Assembly (NCBI GenBank): GCA_030264375.1 | Contig: JASCQW010000122.1 | Span: forward strand, 33,024,550 to 33,088,549 | Direction: 5' to 3' | Source of the DNA: Carcharhinus longimanus | Taxonomy: Eukaryota | DNA length: 64,000 nucleotides | In this document: one piece after another, positions 1-11,205 of the stretch | How positions within the stretch are numbered: position 1 is the first letter of the stretch | Layout: each line of letters starts with the position of its first letter | Notes under the pieces: generated by a model | Databases searched by the model: none | What the model saw: the letters and a program-made list of their open reading frames with translations, nothing else | What the model was told of the DNA's origin: nothing | Translations under genes and position numbers: made by a program

Positions 1-215
1 GAATAAGCTTGTAGTTCATTTGAAAAGATCAATAACTGCATTTAACTATAAATAAAAAATACAAATAGCATGAAAGCTTTAGACCCAATAGTTGTCATGA
101 TACTGTTTCCATATTGAAGCCAGGAGCCAAAAAAGAACCTATTAAAAAATTTCCTCCTCACACTATCCATTGCAAAGACATTCAGCTTTTTTGCTGCAAT
201 AGTCAATTTTGGAGG

Positions 216-535
216 TCATGGAATCCCGAAGATGCAGAAGGCAGCCATTCAGCCCATCGAGCCTGCACTGACAACATTCCCACCCAGGCCCTTTCCCCGT
301 AACCTCAAGTATTTACCCTGCTAATCCCCCTGACACTAAGGAGCGATTTAGCATGGCCAATCAACCTAACCCATTCATCGTTGGCCTGTGGGAGAAAACT
401 GGGGCACCTGGAGAAAACCCACACAGACACTGGGAGAACATGCAAACTCCACATAGACAGTGACCCGAGACTGAACTGAATTCAGATTTCTGGCACTCCG
501 AGGCAGCAGTGCTAAGCACTATGCCGCTGTGCCGC
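216..535 (-). mobile_element. HE1-like V-domain tRNA-derived SINE, near full length
   Basis: Reverse complement reads GCGGCACAGCGGCATAGTGCTTAGCACTGCTGCCTC (A-box head), V-domain TGTGGAGTTTGCATGTTCTCCC..GGGTTTTCTCCAGGTGC, and a CR1-like 3' tail. Confidence 0.9.
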
Positions 536-696
536 TTTGTAAACTCACATTGTTGATCCTGGTTCTTTATTTCTATGTTTCTACCTATCACAGAACCAGG
601 ACTCAGGAGCAAAGAACATGAGTTGCAAATATAAACAATTGAGTCTATCCTGTACATCTTTAAGATGTTGCTCACATAGTCACGTATTCAAATGAT

Positions 697-869
697 ATCA
701 TAGAATAATAGAATCCCTACAGTGCGGAAGGAGGCCATTTGGCCCATCAAGTTTGCATTGATGACACTCCCACCTAGGCCTTATCTCCATAATGACATAT
801 ATTTACCTTATCAATAGCCCTGATACTCAGGGGAAATTTACCATGGCCAATCAATTTAACCCACACATC
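697..869 (-). mobile_element. 3' half of HE1-like SINE
   Basis: CATAGAATAATAGAATCCCTACAGTGCGGAAGGAGGCCATTTGGCCCATC matches the tail of the other copies. Confidence 0.85.
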
Positions 870-3774
870 GTATTCTCTTTTTTTTGTTACTGATTTCCTC
901 ATCAGGCCTTCCTCCACCACCAACTATTCCCTTGTCTAGACAGGCAGTTGAACTGTTCTGAGGCCTCTGCCAATGCTGCTAGATAACTGGTTTTCAGTAG
1001 GCAAGAAAATGAGAACCAGCTGTTTGCACCTCCTCACCCTTCAATTTTCCTCACTTGTCATGGAAAAGCAGGTTTCTCTCGTGCGCCACCTAATGCCCCA
1101 GAGGAGGTTGGGGAAAGCTGGCTATGTAGGAAACTATATGCAGAACATTCTAGCATCTTATGTTAAAATGTAGCTATATGTTCCTGATAGGACCTAAAAG
1201 GACTGGCTTCATCATGGTTACATCAAGAGGATATTTTAAGCAGGGCATTTTCTTTGATCATATCTATTGGATAAAGTATTTTGACAGAAGAATCTATCAT
1301 TAACGGCACCTAAAAATAAGGCTACCTTTTTTGATCCCCACGGTGGTTACTATTTTATAACTTAATGGAGATGGTGGGCTGTGGTAGCATTATCATTATT
1401 GTATGAGATATGAACCAATAAATGCTGGCTCACCAGAAAATATAGCCCCTCTTTTGTTAAAACCCCTCCTCTGACCATTATTAAATTAAAGGAATAGGAT
1501 ACTCCTAATAGCCCTTCACCTTGTCTTCTTGTTTGTATAGCACAGCATAATTTATGCTAAATGAGTTTAAGATTCCTATGCAAAATACACATTCACAAAT
1601 GCCACAGAATCAGTTCATCAAAAACCACTAATTCATTTACATTCATTATGACATACTAATTTACTAGTATGCCAAATTACAGGATTCAGAATTAGGAAAA
1701 AATTACAAGCAATTACTGGGAAGTGAACAACACCTTAAAGATGAACAAGATAAGCTCAATTAGTTATCATAGCTTTTAACAAACTGCTATTTGTTGTGCA
1801 GACCCTTCCAAAATTCTTAAAGCCCGTAAAGCTACCTGAAGATTGGGAAATAATGCAGCTGCCACATTTGGTCATAATCTTTGCGTAAAAGTATTTGAGA
1901 AATATTATTTTAGTCTAATAAACAAAGTTCATATATTTATGATTTATGTCAGCACCTATGTCATCACATTCTTGCAACCCATGCATTTCGACTTCACGTT
2001 TAGTTTAAATTTGGGAATGTCTGTGGAGCCAGTGTTTGGGGAGCCATAACAGACTTAATCCCTTTCTCTTTTAAAACTTTTAAAAAAACTAAAATATTTG
2101 CCACTGAGTGTTGAATTATAGGCTGGACCTATAACATAAATCCAAATGGTGAGGTCATTTATAATATGATGTGTTGTAAGGGAATTTCATTATGTTTAAA
2201 AGAATGTAAAATGTGTCAATTTGATTCAAATGAGAAGTATATTAAAACCATGCTCGATGTTCCTGTGTAATAAATCTTCAACAGTCTTCTGTAAAGGATT
2301 CTGGAAATCCATAGGGAATCTAGCGTTATAACGACGATGCATACTGAACTGGAAAATTTTTTGTTGTTGAAATTTACCAGATGGGGTAAAAGACAAGTAA
2401 GGACATAGCCCCATACTGTGAGTTGGTGAATGACCTCTGTTGCATATGTAAGGTGAGATTATTGTAGAAATCTTATCATTACTGCAGTTTCATTCAATTT
2501 CTTCCTTCATCCCATTCTTTAGGTTTATCAGAGTTAATAATGCTACATGTGCTGAAGTGCACATTTTGCAAAATCTGATTTTAAATATTTAATTGTAAAA
2601 GGGGAAAAAAATGGTTTGTAGATAGATGATGGCTGAGATACTTATTTTGTCTATTGCATATGCAAATTTTTCAACTAGTTTCAGCAAAATTGGTCATTTA
2701 CCTTTGGAATATTTCACTGTTCTACAATCACATTAAACTTGTGCATGGGGGTACCGAAGCTCTATTCTTACTACCTGCAACTGACCCTGATATGTCAGCA
2801 TTTGAGCCAAGTTGTCTCTGCTGCTGTAGTTGTTGACTTATTTTTTTCCAAAACCGACCAGAGTGTTGTCACTGTCCATCATGGATCCCACTCACAGCCA
2901 TTTTCCCAGAGGCTGGGTGAGGCAAGGAACTGCTATCTGCCCCACAAGCACTTGATAACTTGTTAAGTCAACTAAAAGGCCAATTAAGGCAATTGATCAA
3001 AGTCTAACTCTAAATTTCTAGTCAGCCTGTGAGCCCTCTGAGGTATCAGGAACATGTGGCAAACTGGGGTGGGTGATGTTGCAGGATCACTTTGTTTCCT
3101 CTGGTGGTTTAGCAGCTGTGGCCATTTGTAACTCTATATTTTTTAAAAGGACTGAGAGGGTACCTCAAGTTGGAGGCACCCTCTGTCTCCTTTACCCAAA
3201 ATGGCAGCCTGCAGCTCTTTCATGCCGGACAGCCTCCTGTTGGCCCTCCAGTGCTCTGTGCTGTTTTTAATTGGATGGCCAGCATGCGCTGTGGTCTCTG
3301 ATTAACCAATCCAGCAAAAACAATGACCATTGGGTCCTGACATAGTGTCGGGTCAGGACATTCAATCATGTGGACAATAAGGTGTTACGCCAAATGGATA
3401 ATCATCCCCTAACTGTCCATTCCCTTAAAGCACCAGAGTGTGTGTGGTCTCTGGATAAAGGAAGGAAATAGAAATTGTGTAATTCTATATCATAAAAGTT
3501 GCTTTAATATCCTAGGCACCTGCTGAGCAATAGGACCTTGGTTTTCTATGCATCTTGGTTATATCTATTCTCTGCTGCAGTGTAGATGTTGTGTAGAGGG
3601 CTCTACCGGCAGATTTGCAGCTCATTGACATGTTTCTGAAGAGCTAGCTGATTTATTTTCTTTTGGAGAACAGAGGCACAATCCAAAATGAAAGCATTGT
3701 TCTGTTTCTGCATCGTTGTCAAATCAGTTCCACATGTATGGAATGACTGCTTCGCCGCACAAGGTATTACATTG

Positions 3775-4005
3775 GTTAGTGGGTAAAACTCGAGTCAAAG
3801 GTTTGCGGGCTCAAGTCACATTCTATGAGCATATTGAGGCTATGGCAGTGCTGTACAGCCTAAGGTGCCCACTTTTGGATGAAATCTGAAACAGAGGTCC
3901 CGTTTTCCTGCTAAATTAGACATAAAACCTTCCATGGAATTGTACCTAGAGAGGAGTTCCCTGGACAATATTTATCTCTCACAAACGGGGAAAATCAGAT
4001 TATTT
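3775..4005 (+). mobile_element. Degenerate Deu-domain SINE (SacSINE1/AmnSINE1-like)
   Basis: GGTGCCCACTTTTGGATGAAATCTGAAACAGAGGTCCCGT..CCTGGACAATATTTATCTCTCA resembles the Deu core; homologous to 49015-49455. Confidence 0.65.
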
Positions 4006-4669
4006 TCTGCAAAAAGTATAGTAAATGAATGGAAAACCAGCAGTCAGTGGCATGAGAGAGATGTGATGATCTGAGGCTGTTAAAGTGAAGAGGCTTCCCT
4101 CCATCACACCCCAAAGACTGAATTGGTGAAGATCAGTGTCAGTCAAGTCAGTGGGAGTTTGTGTTCCCAGTTTTAGACACTTGTTCCTTTCAGGTCCTTT
4201 GTCAGAACTTCAGCTGATGCAGTAAGGTTCCAGCAACTCCACCAAGAATCTTCCCCATAACTGTTAAGTTTACTCTCGAAGACAGTGATCTTTCCAGATG
4301 CTCACGGTAGATTTGTGATCAGCCTGACCCAGGAAAATGGGCTGAGGATGGGGTGAACATGGAGGGGCATCTGGAAGCATTGCCTTGCCAGAACCCTATT
4401 CTGAAGAGAAGGATGAATGTAGTACGGACCTAACCAATAATGCCAATTGGTTCGTACTTTTTTAAAGTTTTAAATTTAAATGTTGACTTATATGATGTGT
4501 TACATAAATTGAAAGATAATAAAGATATAAGCATATATCTACATATAGTTCACCACATTCTTGGTGGCACATGGTGATATCACTGGACCAGTAATCCCAA
4601 GGCGCGGGCTAATGCTTAGTTGGTGGAAATTAAAATTCAGTTAACATGGGCACAGACTGCTTCAATAAC

Positions 4670-4985
4670 TGAGAAGTTATGAATGATGCTGAACATGGTG
4701 CAGCCATCAGAAAACATCCCCATGCCTGATCTTTATGATGGAAGGAAGTCACTGATGAAGCAGCTGAAACTGGCTAACTCTGAATACCTCCTGCAGTGAT
4801 GTCTCGAGACTGAGAACACTGACATGTACCAACCACAAGCATCTTCCTTTGCGCCCGCATTGAGTCAACTAACAGAAAGTTTTGCCCCTCATTTCTACTG
4901 ACTCCAGTTTTGCTGCGGCTCCTTGATGATACACTCAGCCAAATGCTGCCTTGATGTCAAAGGCAGTTACTCTCACCTCACCCCT
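4670..4985 (-). mobile_element. Non-LTR retrotransposon reverse-transcriptase fragment (pseudogenised)
   Basis: Minus strand gives GEVRVTAFDIKAAFG.VYHQGAAAKLES ... LPSIIK ... GMFSDGCTMFS (LDxxKAFD and FADD motifs) with stops and frameshifts. Confidence 0.85.
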
Positions 4986-5347
4986 ATTGCTCACTTGAAA
5001 ATAGATTTTTCCAACAGGATGTGGGACAATATTTGTTATTTAATGTGATGTCACACACACAGCTATCTTCTTTATATGTTTCATACAGACATCCAGTTAG
5101 TGGACGTACATTAACACCATCGTATTATTTAATTGATGGATTGGTGACTTATCATCAAGCAGTATTGGCATCAGTGTTGTACATCTATTTGATCCAGTTG
5201 TTCAGATGGTGTTTTACAGGAAATAGCTGGCAACATTACCAAAGACAGAACAAGCATTGCAGTGTATTTCTGACCTCCAATCTATTAGCTAGGCGACTGC
5301 TAAACGTATGAGTTAGAAACTGTCATTGGAAGAAAGTACGTTTCCTA

Positions 5348-5545
5348 GGGCGAGATTGTCAGGATCTTCCTGCTGGCAGGATCTTCCAGTCCTGCCAAAG
5401 TTGACCCCATCCCCACCGACCCGTGCAGTGTGACCCCCAGCAGCAGGGGGCTGAGCCATGCAGAACATCATGGACTTCAGCAGGACTGGAAGATCCCACC
5501 CGCAGCCAATGATTCACCATGTTTGCCGCATGCTGCATTGCCACT
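5348..5545. mobile_element. Harbinger-type MITE (degenerate)
   Basis: Starts GGGCGAGATTGTC; internal GGACTGGAAGATCCCAC..GCCAATG shared with the 36424 and 38772 copies. Confidence 0.55.
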
Positions 5546-6058
5546 GACTCGGAGATTCAGGGACCAGATTTGTGTTGGACTTGAATCCACACAGTGTGTC
5601 ATCTTATCAGGTTGTAATGTGTCTGAAAAGCTGAAGAACTATTTCAATAAACAATAGGCAATAAAAGTACCAATTTATCACCACAACCTTATCTTCAAGA
5701 TTAGTTAAATTTAGGACTACTCACAAATCTTTATTGATCACCGAAAAACAAGTCACTTCTAAACCAAATTCCTTTAACTGATATTTAGATTGGAAGCCAG
5801 AGCAGTAGAACAGTGCTCCGTTTATCCATGCAGAGTCAACTTATTATGATTACATTGACATAGTACCTGGTGAGCAGATTCACATTGAAAAAAATACTTG
5901 TTATTTTTCTCTGAAATAAAATTACATTGCTCAATTTGCTGAATCACCTTCACTTTGGTGCCCAAAGTACACATATGATTACAACCTAAACTGATGCCAT
6001 CTTTACTATTGCATGCATTTATTGTGATTTTACTATTTCTTTGTTACATAAGAAATGA

Positions 6059-6413
6059 ATGACACGGTGGCACAGTGGTTGGTACTGTTGCCTCACAGCA
6101 CCAGGGACCCGGGTTCTATTCTGGCCCTGGGTGACTGTCCATGTAGAGTTTGCACATTCTCCCCCTGTCTGCATGAGTTTCCTCCCAATGCTCCAGTTTC
6201 CTCCCCCCACCAAAGACGTGTGGGTTAGGTTGATTGGTCATGCTAAATTGCCCCTTAATGTCAGGGGGAATTAGCAGGGCAAATACTTGGGGTCATGGGG
6301 ATAGGACCTGGGTGGCATTGTTGTCAATGCAGGCTTGATGGGCTGAATGACCTCCTTCCGCTTTGCACGGATTCTATGATTCCATGATTTCTGCACTCTA
6401 GGGATTCTACGAT
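6059..6413 (+). mobile_element. HE1-like V-SINE, full length, with duplicated tail
   Basis: A-box GGTGGCACAGTGGTT, B-box GGTTCTATTC, V-domain, tail ATTCTATGATTCCATGATTTCTGCACTCTAGGGATTCTAC. Confidence 0.92.
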
Positions 6414-6744
6414 AACCTAAATACGTGATCTTTGAAAAACAAAGAACTGTGTTTTAATGTCCAGATGCGCTGGGAGCCAAGAGGCCCAATAGTACATGGG
6501 AAAGTGGGAAATATGTTGAAAACAGTGAATATGTGGGGGCTAGGAAAATTTTAAGGCAACCACTTTACTGACATCTGATTTCCAGATTTCCCATCCTATT
6601 GGCATCAACGGCTGTGATGACAACACACATGTCACAATCTCCAGAATTTAAAGGAACACTCCAAACAAGCAAGCAGAAGAAGTTTGATTTGGAAAGGAGA
6701 GAGAAAGAGGAAGCATTGCCAAGAAAGGTTGACAGTCAAAGGCT

Positions 6745-6925
6745 GGGTTTAGCTTTGCTAATTCCTCCCTGGATACGTGCTGCTGGGATGCAGATCCCAG
6801 CGGAGATATTGTTCCCTAGCAATGGGAGGTAGAAGCCAAATGGGGAAGACAAGGTTGAATGTGGGACCAAGAGGTCAGCAGCAGGAACATGGTACCATGC
6901 CCCTGTATCCAGTACAGGGGAGGAG
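6745..6925 (+). pseudogene. Fossil Harbinger Myb/SANT-like DNA-binding ORF fragment
   Basis: Frameshifted translation FANSSLD..AEILFPSNGR*KP..EVSSRNMVPCPCIQYR resembles the Myb/SANT-like (trihelix) domain of Harbinger ORF1 proteins. Confidence 0.6.
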
Positions 6926-7721
6926 AGGCAAAAGCAATGTCACATTCATCTACATGAATGTTACCCCCTCACTGCTTTCTCTAATGCATTACTCCTCAGA
7001 GCAACTTCCCTTTTTGGTGCATCTATCTCTGTTTCTGAATAAATTCTTCCTCACATCCCCAACTGTCTATCCATTGCTGACACTCACCCTTATCCTCATA
7101 CAACTATATACTCATCCACTGAATGAATACATTCCATTATTTTCAATCTCTTACTTACTTCTTTACATCAGGGAGATGTAGATGTGGCCCTGATCTGACC
7201 GTTGGAGCTTTGAAGATGATTTCCTAGCCTCCTGGTGACTGCCACATGCCACACAACACTCAGCCATGTTGACCTGATTTTGACAGCAAATGACTTCAAT
7301 TATTCTTACCTTGGCAGTAGAGTGCTTATTTGCATCTTTTATTTTTCCACAGAACCTTCACATGGCCAGCAGGAAATGGTCAAGATTGCCAAAAACAACT
7401 CCACAGCGGTGTTCAGACCCTCTGAAGATGCACTACCACAAGACCTGAGAGAATCATGCACCATAGTTGCAATTCGGTGGGGCTAGTTAGAGATAGATAT
7501 GAAAGGACATTTTTTGTTCTTTTTCCGGCAATTGTTCTGTGCTGCCAAATGACTAAAAAGATTTTCATTCAGCAAAGCAGAGTTTGAGCAATTTACTAAC
7601 AAGTGCTCCAACTGGATTACATATGCATGCAGAGAGGTTGGAGATGTTCCCCTCGAACGTGAATGGATATTGTCATAGGCACTGCAAAAATTACTTTTGT
7701 ACATATAGTGGCCAACTGCAT

Positions 7722-7918
7722 GGAGTAACAGTGCTAACCACTGTACCATCGTGCTGTCCATGTAATATAATGCAACAACAGTGCTAGCCACTGTACCAAT
7801 GTGCCACCCACATAATATAATGCAGCAACAGTGCTAACCAGTGTACCATCACGCTGCCCACATAATATAATGCAGCAACAGTGCTTACCACTGAAAATCG
7901 TGCCGCCCGCATAAAATA
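7722..7918 (-). repeat. 50-bp tandem repeat (4 units) made of a SINE 5' head plus flank
   Basis: Units start at ~7721, 7771, 7821, 7871; consensus TGCAGCAACAGTGCTAACCACTGTACCATCGTGCTGCCCACATAATATAA is the reverse complement of the HE1 A-box head plus TTATATTATG. Confidence 0.9.
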
Positions 7919-8320
7919 ATATACACATATGCAGGTTTTCCACAAGGGTTTACACACTATGGTTCCCACCTTAAATATAATGAACGAACAGTGCTTAACC
8001 TCAGGCTTTCACCTTAGCACTGTTCTCACCAGTACAATAGGAGCTCAGAATTGTAACTGGCTATCAGAAGGATAACAGCGAAACTTCATTCAGATCATCA
8101 CCTTAACCTGCTGTTTCCTGTCCCACTGGCTAAATCTGCAGGTATAGAGAGCTATCTTTGGAAGAGTCCTCATGAGCTCCAAAACCTAAAGGACATCAGC
8201 CAAGATCAAATTAATAGTAAGAGGAGGAATATGAACTGTCAGTCTTCAACTCTGCTGAAGCCACAGAAATTGCACCAAATGGAAGCGCCAGGAAAGGGAA
8301 GAGTAGGAATTTACTCCCGG

Positions 8321-8395
8321 TCTGACAAAGAGTCATCCAGACTAAAAAGGTTAGCTCAGTTCTCTTTCCACAGATGCTGTGAGTCCTGCTAAGAT
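8321..8395 (+). mobile_element. Short Penelope-like terminal fragment with decayed hammerhead motif (copy A)
   Basis: TCTGACAAAGAGTCATCCAGACTAAAAAGGTTAGCTC..TCCACAGATGCTG, homologous to the other five copies. Confidence 0.7.
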
Positions 8396-8808
8396 GGAAT
8401 GTAAGCCCTTGTAGCTGATGAACATTCCTGGGTGATCTATGGCATATTAGTTGTCATGTGTGCAACTGTTGACACCCAGTGCTTTGTAGGAAGCAGGCAG
8501 AGCCACGAATCCTATCACCACTCATTCTGACTGACATTATCACAGGCACAGTTGACATGATTGGCAGTCCTGGTAAACCGGCATCAATCATCTGGTTTAC
8601 TCACTCCTATCCCGTGGATTGTGAGACGCTGCAAATGTTTCTCCACTGGAGCCCTGGAAGGATCCAGAGGCAGAAACACTGAGGGCAGTGATAACTTTCA
8701 CAGCCGCTGGTAAAACATTGCCACCAAGCTCAGATTCAAGTCTTGCTCCAGCAGTTTTAAAATGTCTGGCACCACCTGACAGATTCCCTGAGTCTCCTGT
8801 AACATTCC
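8393..8808 (-). pseudogene. Fossil PIF/Harbinger (HARBI1-like) transposase fragment
   Basis: LPAAVKVITALSVSASGSFQGSSGE (ORF 8597..8962), then frameshifted GVNSCTH (cf. GVIDCTH) and DHPGMFISYKGLHSI (cf. FINRKGFHSI). Confidence 0.85.
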
Positions 8809-8810
8809 TG

Positions 8811-9165
8811 GGGTGGCACGTTGGCACAGGGATTATCGCTGCTGCCTCACAGCTCCAGGGACACGAGTTCAATTCCGGCCAAGGGTGACTGTGTGGAGTT
8901 TGCATGTTCTCCTCATGTTGTGTGATTTTCCTTTGGGTGCTCGATTTCCTCCCACAGTCCAAAATATGTGGGTTAGGTGGATTAGTTATGCTAAAGTGCC
9001 CCTTACTGAATCGAGATGTGTAGATTAAATAGATTAGCCATGGTAAATGTTTGGTATTACAGGGATATGGCAGGGAGAGGGCCTGGTACTCTGCCAGAGT
9101 GTCAGTACAGACTCTATGGTCCGAATGGCCTTGTCTGCACTACAGGAATCCTATGATTCTATGAT
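8811..9165 (+). mobile_element. HE1-like V-SINE, full length
   Basis: GGGTGGCACGTTGGCACAGGG head, B-box GAGTTCAATTCC, V-domain, tail ATCCTATGATTCTATGATT. Confidence 0.9.
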
Positions 9166-11205
9166 TGGGGTTAAGACGCATTGGAGACTGTCTGTTGATA
9201 GGTTTCATGTGCTGTTGAGCTCCTTCAAGCTGTATCTTTCTGCTGTTCCCCTCTGCTTGTGTCATCTTGTATATGAACATCCAGCACAAGCTTTTAATGC
9301 GAGAGCATCTTCAAAATGTTCTCATCAGCCTTGAATTTGTCAGCTTATAGCAGCAGAGTGTTGATACACTGAGAACTGTTGCTGAAGAAGGATAATGTTG
9401 ACGTAACACAAATATACTCACATGCTACAAGAATGAAGTGGCCGTATTGTGTATTTAAGAGAGAAATAGCTCACTTTGCTGTGGTAATGCGTTACTCACA
9501 TCAGACACGGGAGAAACTGCAGTGAGGAATTAGCTGGAGTGATCATTTACAGGAGAGCAGGTTAGATGCTCTTTCCCACTTTCAAGGATTTTTGCCCTGC
9601 AGTAACAGCATTCAATTTTCCGCTTGCTTTGGATTATTTTGGCAGAGGAGGACCAGCAAGAGGAAATGGCTGTCCACGATGCCAATTGGCACACTTTCGA
9701 ATATAAATCCTGCCAATCTGCTACACAGCACGTTTCCCGTGCCAAACACAGCTATTTGTTAATGAGAACAGAAATGTTCCTAAGGAGCCTGAATTCAGAA
9801 AATAGGCATTGCCATAGCTGTGTTTTCACCAAGACCTCCACTCAACAAGTGACATCTATACAGCGCTGATGCTGTACAGGGTCACAGCTCAAATCGATGT
9901 GACCTTCAGCTGGTTTTTTTTTTAGCACTGGTTCATTGTCCAGTGATATGTCAATAGATTTTCAGGTATTATTAAATTCGGCAGATTTCTTCGCAGATTT
10001 TGTCACTGACCACCAAATGCAGCTCAACGGCTGATACAATTCCACACTACTGCTGCCTTTCCCAAAGCTTACATGGCCCCTTACTAAGCCACAATAGTTT
10101 TTAGATCTGCATTTTTATCTGAATATGGAATATGTTTGGTGACCTGAGCACTGCTGGAAGGGAACTTCGACTACTGCCAACACATGTTTGAAAATTACAA
10201 TAATTTTCCAGGCAATGACTGTAATGTCCGAATGCAGCTAGGGGCTGTGGGTTTTACACAAAAAGGAAAAGACAATTTTGAGCCCGCATTCTCCTCTGTG
10301 GAAATGGTGGAACGTATTCAAAATCCAGAAAGTACAATTCATGCTGGCGGCTTTCCGAGCTCCGTTCTTGCAGGCCTCTCGCCAGTGGAGTGGTGTGAAA
10401 CATATGACGGACTGCAGAAAGCTCATCTTAATACAATAGCATTTCATTAGTGAGCACTATCTCTGGGACTTGGCGGCTGGNNNNNNNNNNGACTTCCCCC
10501 CATGTTCCCCTCCCCCCCCACACCAAATATAGAGCGGGTGCCAATGTGACATCACGCCAGCGCCATTTACATTCGGTTCACCGAGGTGTGAACCTGTTAT
10601 TGGGGTCTCCCTGGGGGTGTGAAGGTGTATATAGCTCCCAGGGAGAGGGATATGGCCAGACATTGGCCTGGCAATGTCCCTTGTCTTTGTCCCTTGGCAT
10701 TGCCCCTTGACACAGATTGACACTTCCAGTTTGGCACCATGCCTACACCAACGTGGAATTGCCAACTTGGCAGTGCCAATTTGGCAGTACCAACCTGTGC
10801 CAAGGGGCAGACCCCAGTGGGAGCGTCATCGGAGAGGATTCATTTATATATGATGGTGGCTGGGAGCTGGGGATGCTAGCGGTGTGTGTTTGGGGAGTGG
10901 GGAATGGCTAGGGTTGGAGAGGTTCCAGCTCTGACTCCCATTAGGTAGGGGGTGAATGCTGGCTACTATTTAGGTTTATTTGGGCAGGGGGTGCTGATGG
11001 TGGGGCTGAATCGCAGCTTTGATTAGGAAGGGTGGGTAGTGGGGGCAGCTGGGGCGAGCCCTTTAGATCTCTGTTGTGGGCTGAGGTGGGGGAAGCTATC
11101 TTCATGTTGTAATTGAGGTGCCCTTTGAACATGGCACCCCGATCTCAGTGCTGCTGGGTTTTGCAGGCGTGTGGTGGCCCCGACTCCCTACTTGATGGCG
11201 TGAAA

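Noticed and set aside
2226-2436. Minus-strand ORF / possible small exon (VIHQLTVWGYVLTCLLPHL or GLCPYLSF..)
   Set aside because: No recognisable protein family and no partner exons; compatible with chance.
7722-7918. Regular 50-bp array as a CRISPR candidate
   Set aside because: Whole units are repeated with no unique spacers; SINE-derived.
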